DNA from: an uncultured Tepidisphaeraceae bacterium
GTDB lineage: Bacteria > Planctomycetota > Phycisphaerae > Tepidisphaerales > Tepidisphaeraceae
Direction of reading: 5' to 3'
Assembly: GCA_964435775.1 (NCBI GenBank)
Contig: CAYTAP010000006.1
Location: 1-54,652 of the forward strand
Length of the DNA: 54,652 bases
The notes under the pieces were generated by a model, which was not told the DNA's origin, ran no database searches, and was given only the letters and a program-made list of their open reading frames with translations. The position numbers and the translations under genes are program-made. Positions 24,861 to 33,800 of the stretch are shown piece after piece. Position 1 is the stretch's first letter; each line of letters starts with the position of its first letter.

Positions 24861-25169
24861 CTAATCTTTGATCGCAAACTCGATCGCCTTCGGATTGGAC
24901 GGACGCCGCGATGCCTTCAGAACCTCGAGTCCAACCACCTTTCCCAGCCGATCATACTCAATGACGATGCCGCGGTTGGATCGGTCGCGATCCACCACAT
25001 CCTGATCGCTGACCGAAAGCCGCAGCGTGTCCGCGGCCGTGTTGTACTCCACGCGCACCGCCGCGGGCTTCTTCATCCGTCGCCGCAATTCCTCGGGGGA
25101 GGGCAGAAAATCCTTGACCCGCGCGCCAAGCGAAATGGGTTCATCGGTGTATTTGATTTTCTTTTTCAT
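24861..25169 (-). CDS. Putative antitoxin, DUF2283-like domain with a short N-terminal DFLPSPEEL segment
   Basis: VEYNTAADTLRLSVSDQDVV...GIVIEYDRLGKVVGLEVLKAS matches the DUF2283 pattern (YD.eaD.l.i.l ... G.lvGiEiL.AS). It overlaps the brnT 3' end by 29 nt. Confidence 0.55.
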   Translation of the reverse strand: MKKKIKYTDEPISLGARVKDFLPSPEELRRRMKKPAAVRVEYNTAADTLRLSVSDQDVVDRDRSNRGIVIEYDRLGKVVGLEVLKASRRPSNPKAIEFAIKD

Positions 25170-25431
25170 AGTACGCTCTGCCCTTTCGCCAATAACCGGC
25201 TCCAATGATTCGAATCGTTTCGCCTCGCCAGGTGAATCGCACGGTCATCACCCGGCCATCAACCTTGCCCATGCAATGATAGCGTCTTTCAAGCCGGCTG
25301 TGGTGTGTGTCGTCGGCGATGATGCGCTGGGGATCGAGAAACGCCGCCTGGGCTTCCATGAAGGAAACACCGTGCTTGCGAAAGTTCACCGCGTCCTTCG
25401 CCGCATCCCACTCGAATAATGATTCCTCCAT
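25141..25431 (-). CDS. brnT: BrnT-family (DUF497) toxin
   Basis: FEWDAAKDAVNFRKHGVSFMEAQAAFLDPQRIIADDTHHSRLERRYHCMGKVDGRVMTVRFTWRGETIRIIGA is a canonical DUF497 sequence. Its ATG shares one base with the mod stop (TGATG). Confidence 0.8.
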   Translation of the reverse strand: MEESLFEWDAAKDAVNFRKHGVSFMEAQAAFLDPQRIIADDTHHSRLERRYHCMGKVDGRVMTVRFTWRGETIRIIGAGYWRKGRAYYEKENQIHR

Positions 25432-27098
25432 CACCCCGTCCTCACTTCCCACGGCACCTGCTTGAAGATCACATTCGCCTGGCGCAGGCGGTTTTCTCCC
25501 AACCGGCACGCCTCCCCATAAATCACCTTCGGCCCCTCATGCGCCGGCAGCGACTCCAGCACCGCCCCCGTCAGCACGTTCCCCCCGGCCGGTTTCCTGT
25601 CCCCCAGAATCCCATTGAAAAGCAGATAAATCGCCCGCCCCTCATACACCCCCAGAAGCGGACTGTACGAGCCGGAAGCGTGAGCGACGGACGATCCGCC
25701 AAACCCGTCGCTTACGCTTCCGGCTCGTGGGCGTTTGGGCAGCGGGCTCCCCGTCTCGCTGAAAAATACATGCGCCGCCAGGTCCGCGAACTTCACCTCC
25801 GGATCAATGCTCCCATACTCATCAAACAGCGGCTTGCCCAGCGTGCAATACCGAAACCCCCCGCCCAGCCCCTCCACATCCTGCCCCTTGGCGTTCACAT
25901 ACCCCTCAACCACCTTCCGCAGCCGCTGCGCCGTCACATCCCGCGCAATGCCCTCATCCATCTCAATGCAAATGAACCGCCTCCTCCCCCCGTCCGCCTT
26001 GTTCATCTGCAAAACCGCATGACCCGTCGTCCCACTCCCGGCGAACGAGTCGAGGATGAGGGAGGTGGAGTCGGAGGCGATCTGCATCACACGCTCGATC
26101 AACTTGGTCGGCTTCGGCGTGATGAATAGATCCGTGGACGCTCCACCTGCCATCACCCCGCTCAGTTCTTGCTTCGCATGGCGCGTGCTTCCAACTTCGC
26201 TCCACGGCCAAAGTGTTTGTGGAACGACGCCCGCCCGCACTTCCGAAAGGAAGCGTTTCATCCCAGGACGATTCGCTCCCGACTTGCCCCACCAAATGCG
26301 GTTGTCGCTGTTCAATTCGTCGAATCGCTCGCGGCTCACTCGCCAGTAGCTTCCCGCAGGCGGGCCCTCGATGACCTTTCCTGACGGCGTTTCAATGGGA
26401 TAGCGACCAGCGGCGTAGAAATTCCGCGCCGCTAAGTCGCTCAATAACCATACACCACGCGGATCGTTGTCCGGATTCTTGTACCGCGCAATCATCTTTT
26501 CCGACCGCGGTACGGGGAAGGGGTGCCATGCACTGGCTCGTTTGGCGTACAGAACGATGTAGTCGTGATCTTCGCTTAGGTGGATCGCCGTGTTCTTCGG
26601 GCTGTCCATCTTTTGCCAAATCACCGTCGCCACGAAGTTCTGGCGACCGAAAACCTCGTCCATCATGGCGCGAAGGTTCTGCACTTCATTGTCATCAATA
26701 CTGACAAAAATCGCCCCATCCTCACTCAAAAACTCCCTCAGCAGCGCCAGCCGCGGATACATCATGCACAGCCACTTGTCATGCCGCGTCAAATCCTCCG
26801 CCTCCTTGCCGACGACCTGGCCGAGCCACTTTTTCATCTGCGGGCTGTTCACGTTGTCGTTGTAGATCCAGTTCTCATTGCCCGTGTTGTACGGCGGGTC
26901 GATGTAGATGCACTTGACCTTCCCCGCGTAATACGGGAGCAACGCCTTGAGCGCCTCGAGATTGTCCCCTTGCACGAGCAGGTTGCCGCTGTCGGCCTCC
27001 CCGGCGCTTTTGGATTTGTCGCAGTGCAGCAGCCGATACGGCACCCGCCGATGGTGGTTGACGACCGCCTCCTTCCCGATCCAGTTCAACGTGGGCAT
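25431..27098 (-). CDS. mod: Type III R-M Mod subunit, N6-adenine (beta-class) DNA methyltransferase
   Basis: Motif IV IYIDPPYNTGNE lies near the N-terminus and motif I LDSFAGSGTTGHAV lies downstream (beta-class order). The N-terminus MPTLNWIGKEAV is typical of Mod proteins. Confidence 0.9.
   Translation of the reverse strand: MPTLNWIGKEAVVNHHRRVPYRLLHCDKSKSAGEADSGNLLVQGDNLEALKALLPYYAGKVKCIYIDPPYNTGNENWIYNDNVNSPQMKKWLGQVVGKEAEDLTRHDKWLCMMYPRLALLREFLSEDGAIFVSIDDNEVQNLRAMMDEVFGRQNFVATVIWQKMDSPKNTAIHLSEDHDYIVLYAKRASAWHPFPVPRSEKMIARYKNPDNDPRGVWLLSDLAARNFYAAGRYPIETPSGKVIEGPPAGSYWRVSRERFDELNSDNRIWWGKSGANRPGMKRFLSEVRAGVVPQTLWPWSEVGSTRHAKQELSGVMAGGASTDLFITPKPTKLIERVMQIASDSTSLILDSFAGSGTTGHAVLQMNKADGGRRRFICIEMDEGIARDVTAQRLRKVVEGYVNAKGQDVEGLGGGFRYCTLGKPLFDEYGSIDPEVKFADLAAHVFFSETGSPLPKRPRAGSVSDGFGGSSVAHASGSYSPLLGVYEGRAIYLLFNGILGDRKPAGGNVLTGAVLESLPAHEGPKVIYGEACRLGENRLRQANVIFKQVPWEVRTG
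25668..25727. repeat. 60-nt near-perfect palindrome inside the mod CDS, in frame
   Basis: CGAGCCGGAAGCGTGAGCGACGG (25668-25690), a 14-nt loop, then CCGTCGCTTACGCTTCCGGCTCG (25705-25727). The arms pair at 22 of 23 positions. It encodes ...RAGSVSDGFGGSSVAHASGSYS... Confidence 0.85.
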
Positions 27099-27155
27099 CG
27101 TCCGCCTATTGCCTCCCGCTTATTTTCCCCGCTGCCCGCTGCCCACGCATTCCCC

Positions 27156-28760
27156 TTACAAATCCGCGAACTCAAACGCCGGTTCCACCGTCTCCTCGCG
27201 GCTCTTGGGGGGCTCGACCGCCGCGAAAGGGTCGCCCATTTGCCTGCGGACGGTTGCGGCGTGGTATAGGCCGGGCTCGTCGAGCAGTTTCAGATAGACA
27301 TCCCCCTCGCGCCGGGCGCCTTCCAAGGGGGAAATCGCGGCCGCGAAGGTTTGGATTCGGCCGGCGTAATTCTCCCAGCATCCCTCCTTTTCCGCCCAGG
27401 TCGCCGCCGGGAGCACCACATCGGCGATCTCGGTCAGCGCATTGGGCAGCACATCCTGCACGACGCGATATCCCTTTTTCAAAACCGATGGCATCTCCAG
27501 CGGCAGCCAGTTGGACGCATACCCGCCGACGATCCATCCGCCCCGCAATGCCTTGAGCTCCGGCGTCGCGGCGGCGGTGAACTCCTCCCATGTCGCGGTC
27601 GGTCCGCCGAGCATGGCCATCACGCGGCGAATCCCGGCGGCGTTGGGGACTTTCTCCGCCTGGATCTCGAACGTCTGTTTCTTTGTCAGGTAGTTGTAAA
27701 ACTTCTCATTCTCCCCGCTTGTCGGAACCGGGCCGAGGACGAGGACCGCCTGCGGATCGAGCGAGCGAATCCACGACGCCAGCAGCCACGCCTCCTCGCA
27801 CGCCATCATCGGACTGAGCATCACGTAGAGCGATCCCGCTTTTTCGTCTGCGAGTTTCTTCAACTCCGCCGCCGCCTCATCGAGCACATTGCCGAAACCC
27901 ACCGGCGTCGGCGATCCATGCTGCAATTTCGTCGCATGGCGCAGCCGCTTGTCATCCTGCACGAACTTGTAGCTGTAGCGCGTGTCGTCGTTGATCCACC
28001 ACTGGTTCACATCCGCGTTGAAGCGCGGCTTGATCCGGTAAATCACCCCTTCGTTGTGGTCGATCCAGATGTTTTCCCCGCCGGCGTCGGCTGGGGAGAT
28101 CGACGGCGTGCTCTTGAGCAGCCACACCCGCTGCTTGAAGAGAAAATCCTTGTCGAGCAGCGCACCGACCGGGCAGATGTCCACCACGTTGCCCGCCAGC
28201 TTGTTGTTCACGGGCTTGCCGGGGAAGACGTCGATCTCCTGCGTCGCCCCGCGCCCGTTGACATACAATTCGCACGTCCCGCTCACCTCGCGGGTGAAGC
28301 GCACGCACCGCGTGCAGTAGATGCACCGGTCGCTGTAGAGCAGGATGTTCTCCCCCACATCCTTTTTGGGCTGGCGCTCCTTGGGTTCCTCGAATCGCGC
28401 GATCGAGCGGCCATGCTTGAACGAATAATCCTGCAAAAAGCATTCCCCGGCCTGGTCGCAGACCGGACAGTCGATCGGGTGGCTGGTCAGGAGATACTCC
28501 ATGACCGCCTTGCGGTTGGCCGTCGCCTTGGAGGACTGGCTGTGAACGACCATCCCATCGCGCACGGGTGTCTGGCAGGAGGGGACGAGTTTGGGAATCC
28601 CCTCGACTTCCACCAGACAAATCCGGCACGAAGCGGGAATCGACAACCCCGGATGATAGCAGTAGTAGGGCAGGTCAATGTCCGCATCCAGACAGGCCTG
28701 AAGCACCATCTGCTTGTCGCGAACCTCAATCGTTTTTCCGTCTACGGTGATTTTGGGCAT
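27156..28760 (-). CDS. nuoG: NADH-quinone oxidoreductase subunit G-like (2Fe-2S, 4Fe-4S, molybdopterin-like domain)
   Basis: MPKITVDGKTIEV..., CYHPGLSIPASCRICLVEV, HPIDCPVCDQAGECFLQD, CIYCTRCVRF. The ATG at 28760 was preferred. No neighbouring nuo genes. Confidence 0.85.
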   Translation of the reverse strand: MPKITVDGKTIEVRDKQMVLQACLDADIDLPYYCYHPGLSIPASCRICLVEVEGIPKLVPSCQTPVRDGMVVHSQSSKATANRKAVMEYLLTSHPIDCPVCDQAGECFLQDYSFKHGRSIARFEEPKERQPKKDVGENILLYSDRCIYCTRCVRFTREVSGTCELYVNGRGATQEIDVFPGKPVNNKLAGNVVDICPVGALLDKDFLFKQRVWLLKSTPSISPADAGGENIWIDHNEGVIYRIKPRFNADVNQWWINDDTRYSYKFVQDDKRLRHATKLQHGSPTPVGFGNVLDEAAAELKKLADEKAGSLYVMLSPMMACEEAWLLASWIRSLDPQAVLVLGPVPTSGENEKFYNYLTKKQTFEIQAEKVPNAAGIRRVMAMLGGPTATWEEFTAAATPELKALRGGWIVGGYASNWLPLEMPSVLKKGYRVVQDVLPNALTEIADVVLPAATWAEKEGCWENYAGRIQTFAAAISPLEGARREGDVYLKLLDEPGLYHAATVRRQMGDPFAAVEPPKSREETVEPAFEFADL

Positions 28761-28889
28761 GGCAAGGCAATGGTATCGCGTTCGTGGCCAATTTTCACCC
28801 ACTCGGCAAGCAGCGCGGCGAATTGGCGGTTTATTGCCGTGCCGCGAGCCTGTCCGGGCTGGTTCGCAAGAGATCACGCGGAAAGGGGG

Positions 28890-30332
28890 TCACCCCGCGC
28901 CCAAGGGCGTCGCGCCCGGCGGAACGGCGTTCGCCGGCGTCTTCTTCCGCTTCCCAGCGGTGTACAGCAGAAGAGGAATCAGAATCAGCGCGACCTGTGC
29001 CGCCAACCCCATCATCAGCGAAGGTGGCGTATCTCCCTTCGATGTGGACCATATTTGAATGAGCGCGCCCAGTGGGCTGATCGCGAATACAGTACCCGAT
29101 CGGTAGATGTCATCTGGATGCAGCGTGTAAAACGCCATCATGTCAACGAACAGCGGTACGAACCATGTCACCATCTGCCAGATGAAACCGATGGCCATCC
29201 CGCGCTCGACTTTCTGATAGCACCATCCCAGCAAGTAGCGCATGGCGATCAGCCATGCCATCACAACCACGACGGTTTGCGCGATCGCGCGCGTCGGCGG
29301 TTGAAACAACTCATCGAGCCGCCACGCGAGGATCGCGGCGAGGATGACGCCGCTCGCCAGCGCCAGCGACGGCAGCCGTCGTTCGTTGGCGCTGGGTCCT
29401 TCCGCCTGACGGGATCGCTCGGCCAGCCGGGCGGCATTGGCCACCGGCAGCACGCCGAAAATCAACAGTCCAACAGCGCAGGCAATGCCTTTGACGGGGT
29501 TTGTGGTATCGCTGTGCCAGAAACTGAACCCAGGATCGTTCTGGTAGTAAAGACCAAGGATGGACAGCGCCACCCATCCCGCCAGCAATCCCACGGCCGG
29601 CCAGACGCCGAAGAGGGTCCGATCATCCCGCGCATACCGCCGCATCGCACCGATAAAGCATAGAGCGCCCAGGAACACCTGAAGCGCCATCGCCAGTGGC
29701 AGCATGGCGTGCGACGCGGAGATTTGGCCCCACGAAAACCACATGAATGATGGGGCGAGCAGCATTGCCAGCGGCGGCGCCAGCTCCATAATGGCGTTTT
29801 GGCCAAAAAACAGCACGAAAGCCACAACCGTAATGGCGATACCGCCGTGTTTCCCGCTCAGGAGGGCCGCAGCCACCGACCAGAACAAGAACGCCAACGC
29901 CAGCAAAGCCGCCTGGGCGACGATCCACTGGGAGATCGGCACGCCGCCGCCAATCGCCGTGAAAAGCCCCACCAGAGCCGCGCCGCCGGCCAGCATCAAC
30001 GCCTGGCTTCCAGCCCCCGCGAAATAGCCCGCAATGGCGCGAAATGGGGAGAGGGGCATCAGCCGGTGCGATTCGATCATTCCACTGCTTCGGTCGCCGC
30101 GTATCGCCCCGCTGATCGCAAACGGTCCATACACAAACAAAATCGCCTCTTGCATGTAAATGAGTCCGGTCGTCCAACTTTTGAGCGGATGTCCATGGGA
30201 ACTGGCCGACGCGATGGACAACACGAGCAGCGCGCCAAGCGCCGCGAATTCGATCAGCAGCAGCACGGCGTGGCGCCAGATGCCGCCGCGAAGTTGGAAG
30301 TGCGCCCATGCCAGGGGATTGATGCTCTTCAT
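28890..30332 (-). CDS. Polytopic membrane protein, probable ABC-transporter permease partner
   Basis: About 12 predicted TM helices, immediately downstream of the ABC ATPase gene. GAGGAG lies 4 nt upstream of the ATG at 30332; the track start at 30347 is TTG. Confidence 0.6.
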   Translation of the reverse strand: MKSINPLAWAHFQLRGGIWRHAVLLLIEFAALGALLVLSIASASSHGHPLKSWTTGLIYMQEAILFVYGPFAISGAIRGDRSSGMIESHRLMPLSPFRAIAGYFAGAGSQALMLAGGAALVGLFTAIGGGVPISQWIVAQAALLALAFLFWSVAAALLSGKHGGIAITVVAFVLFFGQNAIMELAPPLAMLLAPSFMWFSWGQISASHAMLPLAMALQVFLGALCFIGAMRRYARDDRTLFGVWPAVGLLAGWVALSILGLYYQNDPGFSFWHSDTTNPVKGIACAVGLLIFGVLPVANAARLAERSRQAEGPSANERRLPSLALASGVILAAILAWRLDELFQPPTRAIAQTVVVVMAWLIAMRYLLGWCYQKVERGMAIGFIWQMVTWFVPLFVDMMAFYTLHPDDIYRSGTVFAISPLGALIQIWSTSKGDTPPSLMMGLAAQVALILIPLLLYTAGKRKKTPANAVPPGATPLGAG

Positions 30333-30350
30333 GCGTCTCCTCAACAAAAG

Positions 30351-31298
30351 CTAGTCCACCTGGGCCACGCCGGTTCGCAGGTATGCCTGCTCCAGGTCCA
30401 CCGCCTGCGGCGCGAACGATGCGATCGGCAGCCCCTTGCCCACCAGTTCAGCCAGCAGTTTCGCCGCCGCCTGCGGGTGGGCGTCGAACTCAAACGTCAC
30501 ATGCAACCCATCCATCCGCGCATTGCTCACCCCTTCCATGCCCGCCAGTTGCTTCTGGAAGCCAGCGTCCTCTCGCCACAAGGCGAGTTGGTACGGCGCG
30601 CGCGTCTGATCTTCGGCCGCGGCGAACTCCTTGACCGTTCCCCATCGAACCATGCTCCCGCCCGACAGAATGCCGATGTGCGTGCAGTATTCCCCCATGT
30701 CCGCCAGAATGTGCGACGAGACGATCAGCGCCTTGCCCTGGTCGCGCAGATCGCAGAGCAGCCGTCGAAACTGCACCCGCCCGGCCGGATCGAGACCCGC
30801 CGCCGGTTCATCCAATAGGATCACCATTGGATCGGGCAGCAGCGTTCGCGCGATGCCCAGTCTCTGTTTCATCCCGCGCGACAGCGCCTTGATCCTTTGA
30901 TCCCGCTTCTCGCTCAGCCATACCTTGTCCAGCCACACGCCAATCCGCGCGGTGATGTCGGCGTCATCAAGCTGGTACCCCTTGCCGATGAAACGCAGGT
31001 ATTGTGCGACCGTCAGCTCGTCATAAGCAGGGGGGTTGTCCGGCGTGAAGCCCACCTTCGCCAGCACATCCGCCCCCGGCGCGATGGGCTCATCCATCAC
31101 CCGCACCTGCCCTCCGTGGATCGATTGCAGCCCGCAAATCGCGCGCAGAAGCGTGGTCTTCCCCGCCCCATTGGGACCGACCAACCCCAGCAGGTCGCCG
31201 CCACGCAGGGTGAACGATGCATCGGCAACGGCCGTCAGTTCGGGAAACGCGACGCGGACATGATCGACGTGGAGCAGTGTGGACGTGTCAGTCGGCAT
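30351..31298 (-). CDS. ABC transporter ATP-binding protein
   Basis: Walker A GPNGAGKTT, signature LSRGMKQRL, Walker B VILLDEPAAGLD, H-loop SSHIL. Confidence 0.88.
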   Translation of the reverse strand: MPTDTSTLLHVDHVRVAFPELTAVADASFTLRGGDLLGLVGPNGAGKTTLLRAICGLQSIHGGQVRVMDEPIAPGADVLAKVGFTPDNPPAYDELTVAQYLRFIGKGYQLDDADITARIGVWLDKVWLSEKRDQRIKALSRGMKQRLGIARTLLPDPMVILLDEPAAGLDPAGRVQFRRLLCDLRDQGKALIVSSHILADMGEYCTHIGILSGGSMVRWGTVKEFAAAEDQTRAPYQLALWREDAGFQKQLAGMEGVSNARMDGLHVTFEFDAHPQAAAKLLAELVGKGLPIASFAPQAVDLEQAYLRTGVAQVD

Positions 31299-31428
31299 GG
31301 GGTGGACATTATTCCCTGTCGACGCAATGGGCAAAGCCATGGCCAAGTTATGCACACCACGCGTCACACACCGAACATCGCCGCGAGAGCCTTATCGCCG
31401 TGGGCGCGAGCGGGTACCATTCGGGACA

Positions 31429-33783
31429 ATGGCTCGTGATGCGATCAATCCGGAGCGGCGGCGCATTTGGCTGCAGGTGGTGCTGGTGGGGGTGCTCGTG
31501 GGGACGGGGGCGCTGGCGGCGCTGGTCAATTATGGAATTGCGCGGGCGCATCGCGCGACCCTGGCGCCGGAACGCAAGTTTGGGGATTTGCATCTCAGCT
31601 TGCCGGAGAAGTGGAAGGTGACGGTTGACGACGACGGCGGCGCGCTGATCGTCCGGGCGGCCGAGCCGGGGGAGACGCCCTTCACGCGGCAACTGCTCAT
31701 TCTCCGTCAGCGGTCCAGCGAGTTCATCTCGCCGATGGAATATCTTGAGCGGCTGGGAGCATGGACGCCGCCGGCGACGACAACGGACGGGGCTTCCGGT
31801 TTATCACCCATCGAAATCGCCGGTCGGCCGGGCGTGTTCATGCAGCGCGCCCCCAGGCGACTGGCGGGGGGCGACAGCGTTCAACCCAAGCTGATTCAGG
31901 CGTGTGTGGTCCTTCCCAGCCGAACCGCCATCCTGATCCGGCTCGAAAGCCTTGATGAAATCAACCCGGCCGACGAACAGCTTGTCCGCGAGATCGCGGC
32001 CAGCGTGCGACTGGATTCCGCCACGTCCATTGCAAACATCAGCAACACCGGCAGCGAAGTGCTTCCCGTCTCGCGGCCGGGGGGCGCGGGTGGATCGATG
32101 ATGCTGGATGGAGGGATCCAGGTCGCCGTGCCGAGCGGATTCGTGTTGGAGAATGAACCCGATCCGGATCGCATCTCACGCGTCATGCTGTACACCGATC
32201 CGGCGTGCCACTGGGTGTCCATCGAACTGGTTCCGTTCCTGCTTGAGAGCGATCAGCCTGATGTGCTATTGGGCATTGTGGCGTTGCATGGCCAGCGCTG
32301 GCTGGGGGCGCACCTCACGTCGCTGGGAACGAGGCAGTGGCGGATCGACCCGGCCATTCCCGGCGAGCCGACCAAGGCGAAGGCGACGTCGGGCGACGGC
32401 AAGGCCGCGCCGCCGGGTGACGTCGATCACGGTGTCATGGGCACCAACACCGCGCCGAAGGGCGACAGCGCTCCGGCCAGCGGCGAGGACGATGCGGCGT
32501 ATCTTGAACATCGTTATCCCGCGAGGGCGTTCATCATCGCCGGTGACAGGGGGCAGGCGATCCTGGCGATCATGCACGGCGGGCCGGTTCAGCCGGGTAT
32601 GTTGAATGATGCGTGGCAATCCATCGCACGCTCCGTCCGTTTCGCGCAGCCCAAGGCGCATCCAACCACAGCGCACGCGAATGGTGAGGTGTACGACCTC
32701 CCAAGCCTGCTCGCCAACGGTGCCGATGAAGTTCATCGCCTCAGCGGGGACGGCGGCGATGACAATGGCCAAGCCCAAGGCAACCCCGGACAAGCGGCCA
32801 CGGGCATTCCCGGATTGGGTCTCGATCCGCTGTTGCCCGTGCGCGAGGAGCAGTGGTGGCTGTGGTGCAGCGACAACCGGGATCACTATCTGGGTTGGTC
32901 CCATTTTTACTGGGGTGACGATTCGGATTCCCTCTGGCGGGCGACGCGCGAAACCCGTCGCCGCGCGCCTGATGGTGTGTACCGGATTGTGCAGTCGTGG
33001 GTGAGCAACGCCGCGATGACCGAATACCTTTGCACGACCAACCGCTATGAATCCCCCGACGCCGCGGACCATGCGGCGCTGTCAGCCGCCGGGCCGGGTG
33101 GGTTCATCCACACCGGTCACAAGGCCATTCAATTGAAGGATGGCATGCTGATGCTCCGCTATGCGGTGACGGATGGCCGGGCGATCGTGGAACGACGGGA
33201 ACCGGCGGATAAGCAACCAGAGGACAACCGCAAGCCCTCCACGCGCGCCGCTTCGCCACCGGCCGAGGATTCGAAACCAACCACCCGCGATGATGCCGTT
33301 CCGATGCAAACCGCCTTCGGCGCTGCGCCGGCACAGTACATTCCCGGCGGGTGGTTGCCGCAGTTGCTCGGACAACTTCAGCCCAAACCGATGATCCTCA
33401 AGACCGACCAGTTTCCCGGCTATGAAGGGGTGGAGTTTGTCGGATTGCTGACGTTGATCGTCGAGCCCGGCCCGCCGCTGCCGCCGATTTCCATCGCCCG
33501 ACCGAACGCCGGTGATGACCGCGCCGCCGGTGATGCGAATCGCGCGGCAACCAGCCGATCCTCCGATGCCGAACGTGAGGCGTCGCGGCGCGTCGTGCGG
33601 GTTCGAATCAACGGCAGCGGCGAGATCAGCCGGTGGACCTTCATCAACCGCGATGAGCTGCAAAGCGTCGATTTCCCCGATGGCATTCGCCGCCTTCCGA
33701 TCGACCGCCAGGATCTCAAGCTCGATTTCGACAACGACGAACGGTTGAATCCCGACACCCTGTCGCCGACTCGCGGGCGGTGA
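31429..33783 (+). CDS. Hypothetical membrane-anchored protein (784 aa), no recognisable domain
   Basis: The start MARDAINPERRRIWLQVVLVGVLVGTGALAAL gives an N-terminal TM anchor. Codon usage is GC3-rich. It is divergent from the ABC operon. Confidence 0.5.
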   Translation: MARDAINPERRRIWLQVVLVGVLVGTGALAALVNYGIARAHRATLAPERKFGDLHLSLPEKWKVTVDDDGGALIVRAAEPGETPFTRQLLILRQRSSEFISPMEYLERLGAWTPPATTTDGASGLSPIEIAGRPGVFMQRAPRRLAGGDSVQPKLIQACVVLPSRTAILIRLESLDEINPADEQLVREIAASVRLDSATSIANISNTGSEVLPVSRPGGAGGSMMLDGGIQVAVPSGFVLENEPDPDRISRVMLYTDPACHWVSIELVPFLLESDQPDVLLGIVALHGQRWLGAHLTSLGTRQWRIDPAIPGEPTKAKATSGDGKAAPPGDVDHGVMGTNTAPKGDSAPASGEDDAAYLEHRYPARAFIIAGDRGQAILAIMHGGPVQPGMLNDAWQSIARSVRFAQPKAHPTTAHANGEVYDLPSLLANGADEVHRLSGDGGDDNGQAQGNPGQAATGIPGLGLDPLLPVREEQWWLWCSDNRDHYLGWSHFYWGDDSDSLWRATRETRRRAPDGVYRIVQSWVSNAAMTEYLCTTNRYESPDAADHAALSAAGPGGFIHTGHKAIQLKDGMLMLRYAVTDGRAIVERREPADKQPEDNRKPSTRAASPPAEDSKPTTRDDAVPMQTAFGAAPAQYIPGGWLPQLLGQLQPKPMILKTDQFPGYEGVEFVGLLTLIVEPGPPLPPISIARPNAGDDRAAGDANRAATSRSSDAEREASRRVVRVRINGSGEISRWTFINRDELQSVDFPDGIRRLPIDRQDLKLDFDNDERLNPDTLSPTRGR

Positions 33784-33800
33784 GCGTATGCCCTGGGGGT

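Noticed and set aside
22164-25208. 359-aa and 623-aa plus-strand ORFs antisense to res
   Set aside because: Low-complexity R/P/H/Q-rich sequences. The minus strand carries helicase and nuclease motifs.
25419-29663. Plus-strand ORFs (25419..26129, 26580..27269, 27351..29663) antisense to mod, nuoG and the permease
   Set aside because: Same shadow-ORF signature. The sense-strand genes have unambiguous catalytic motifs.
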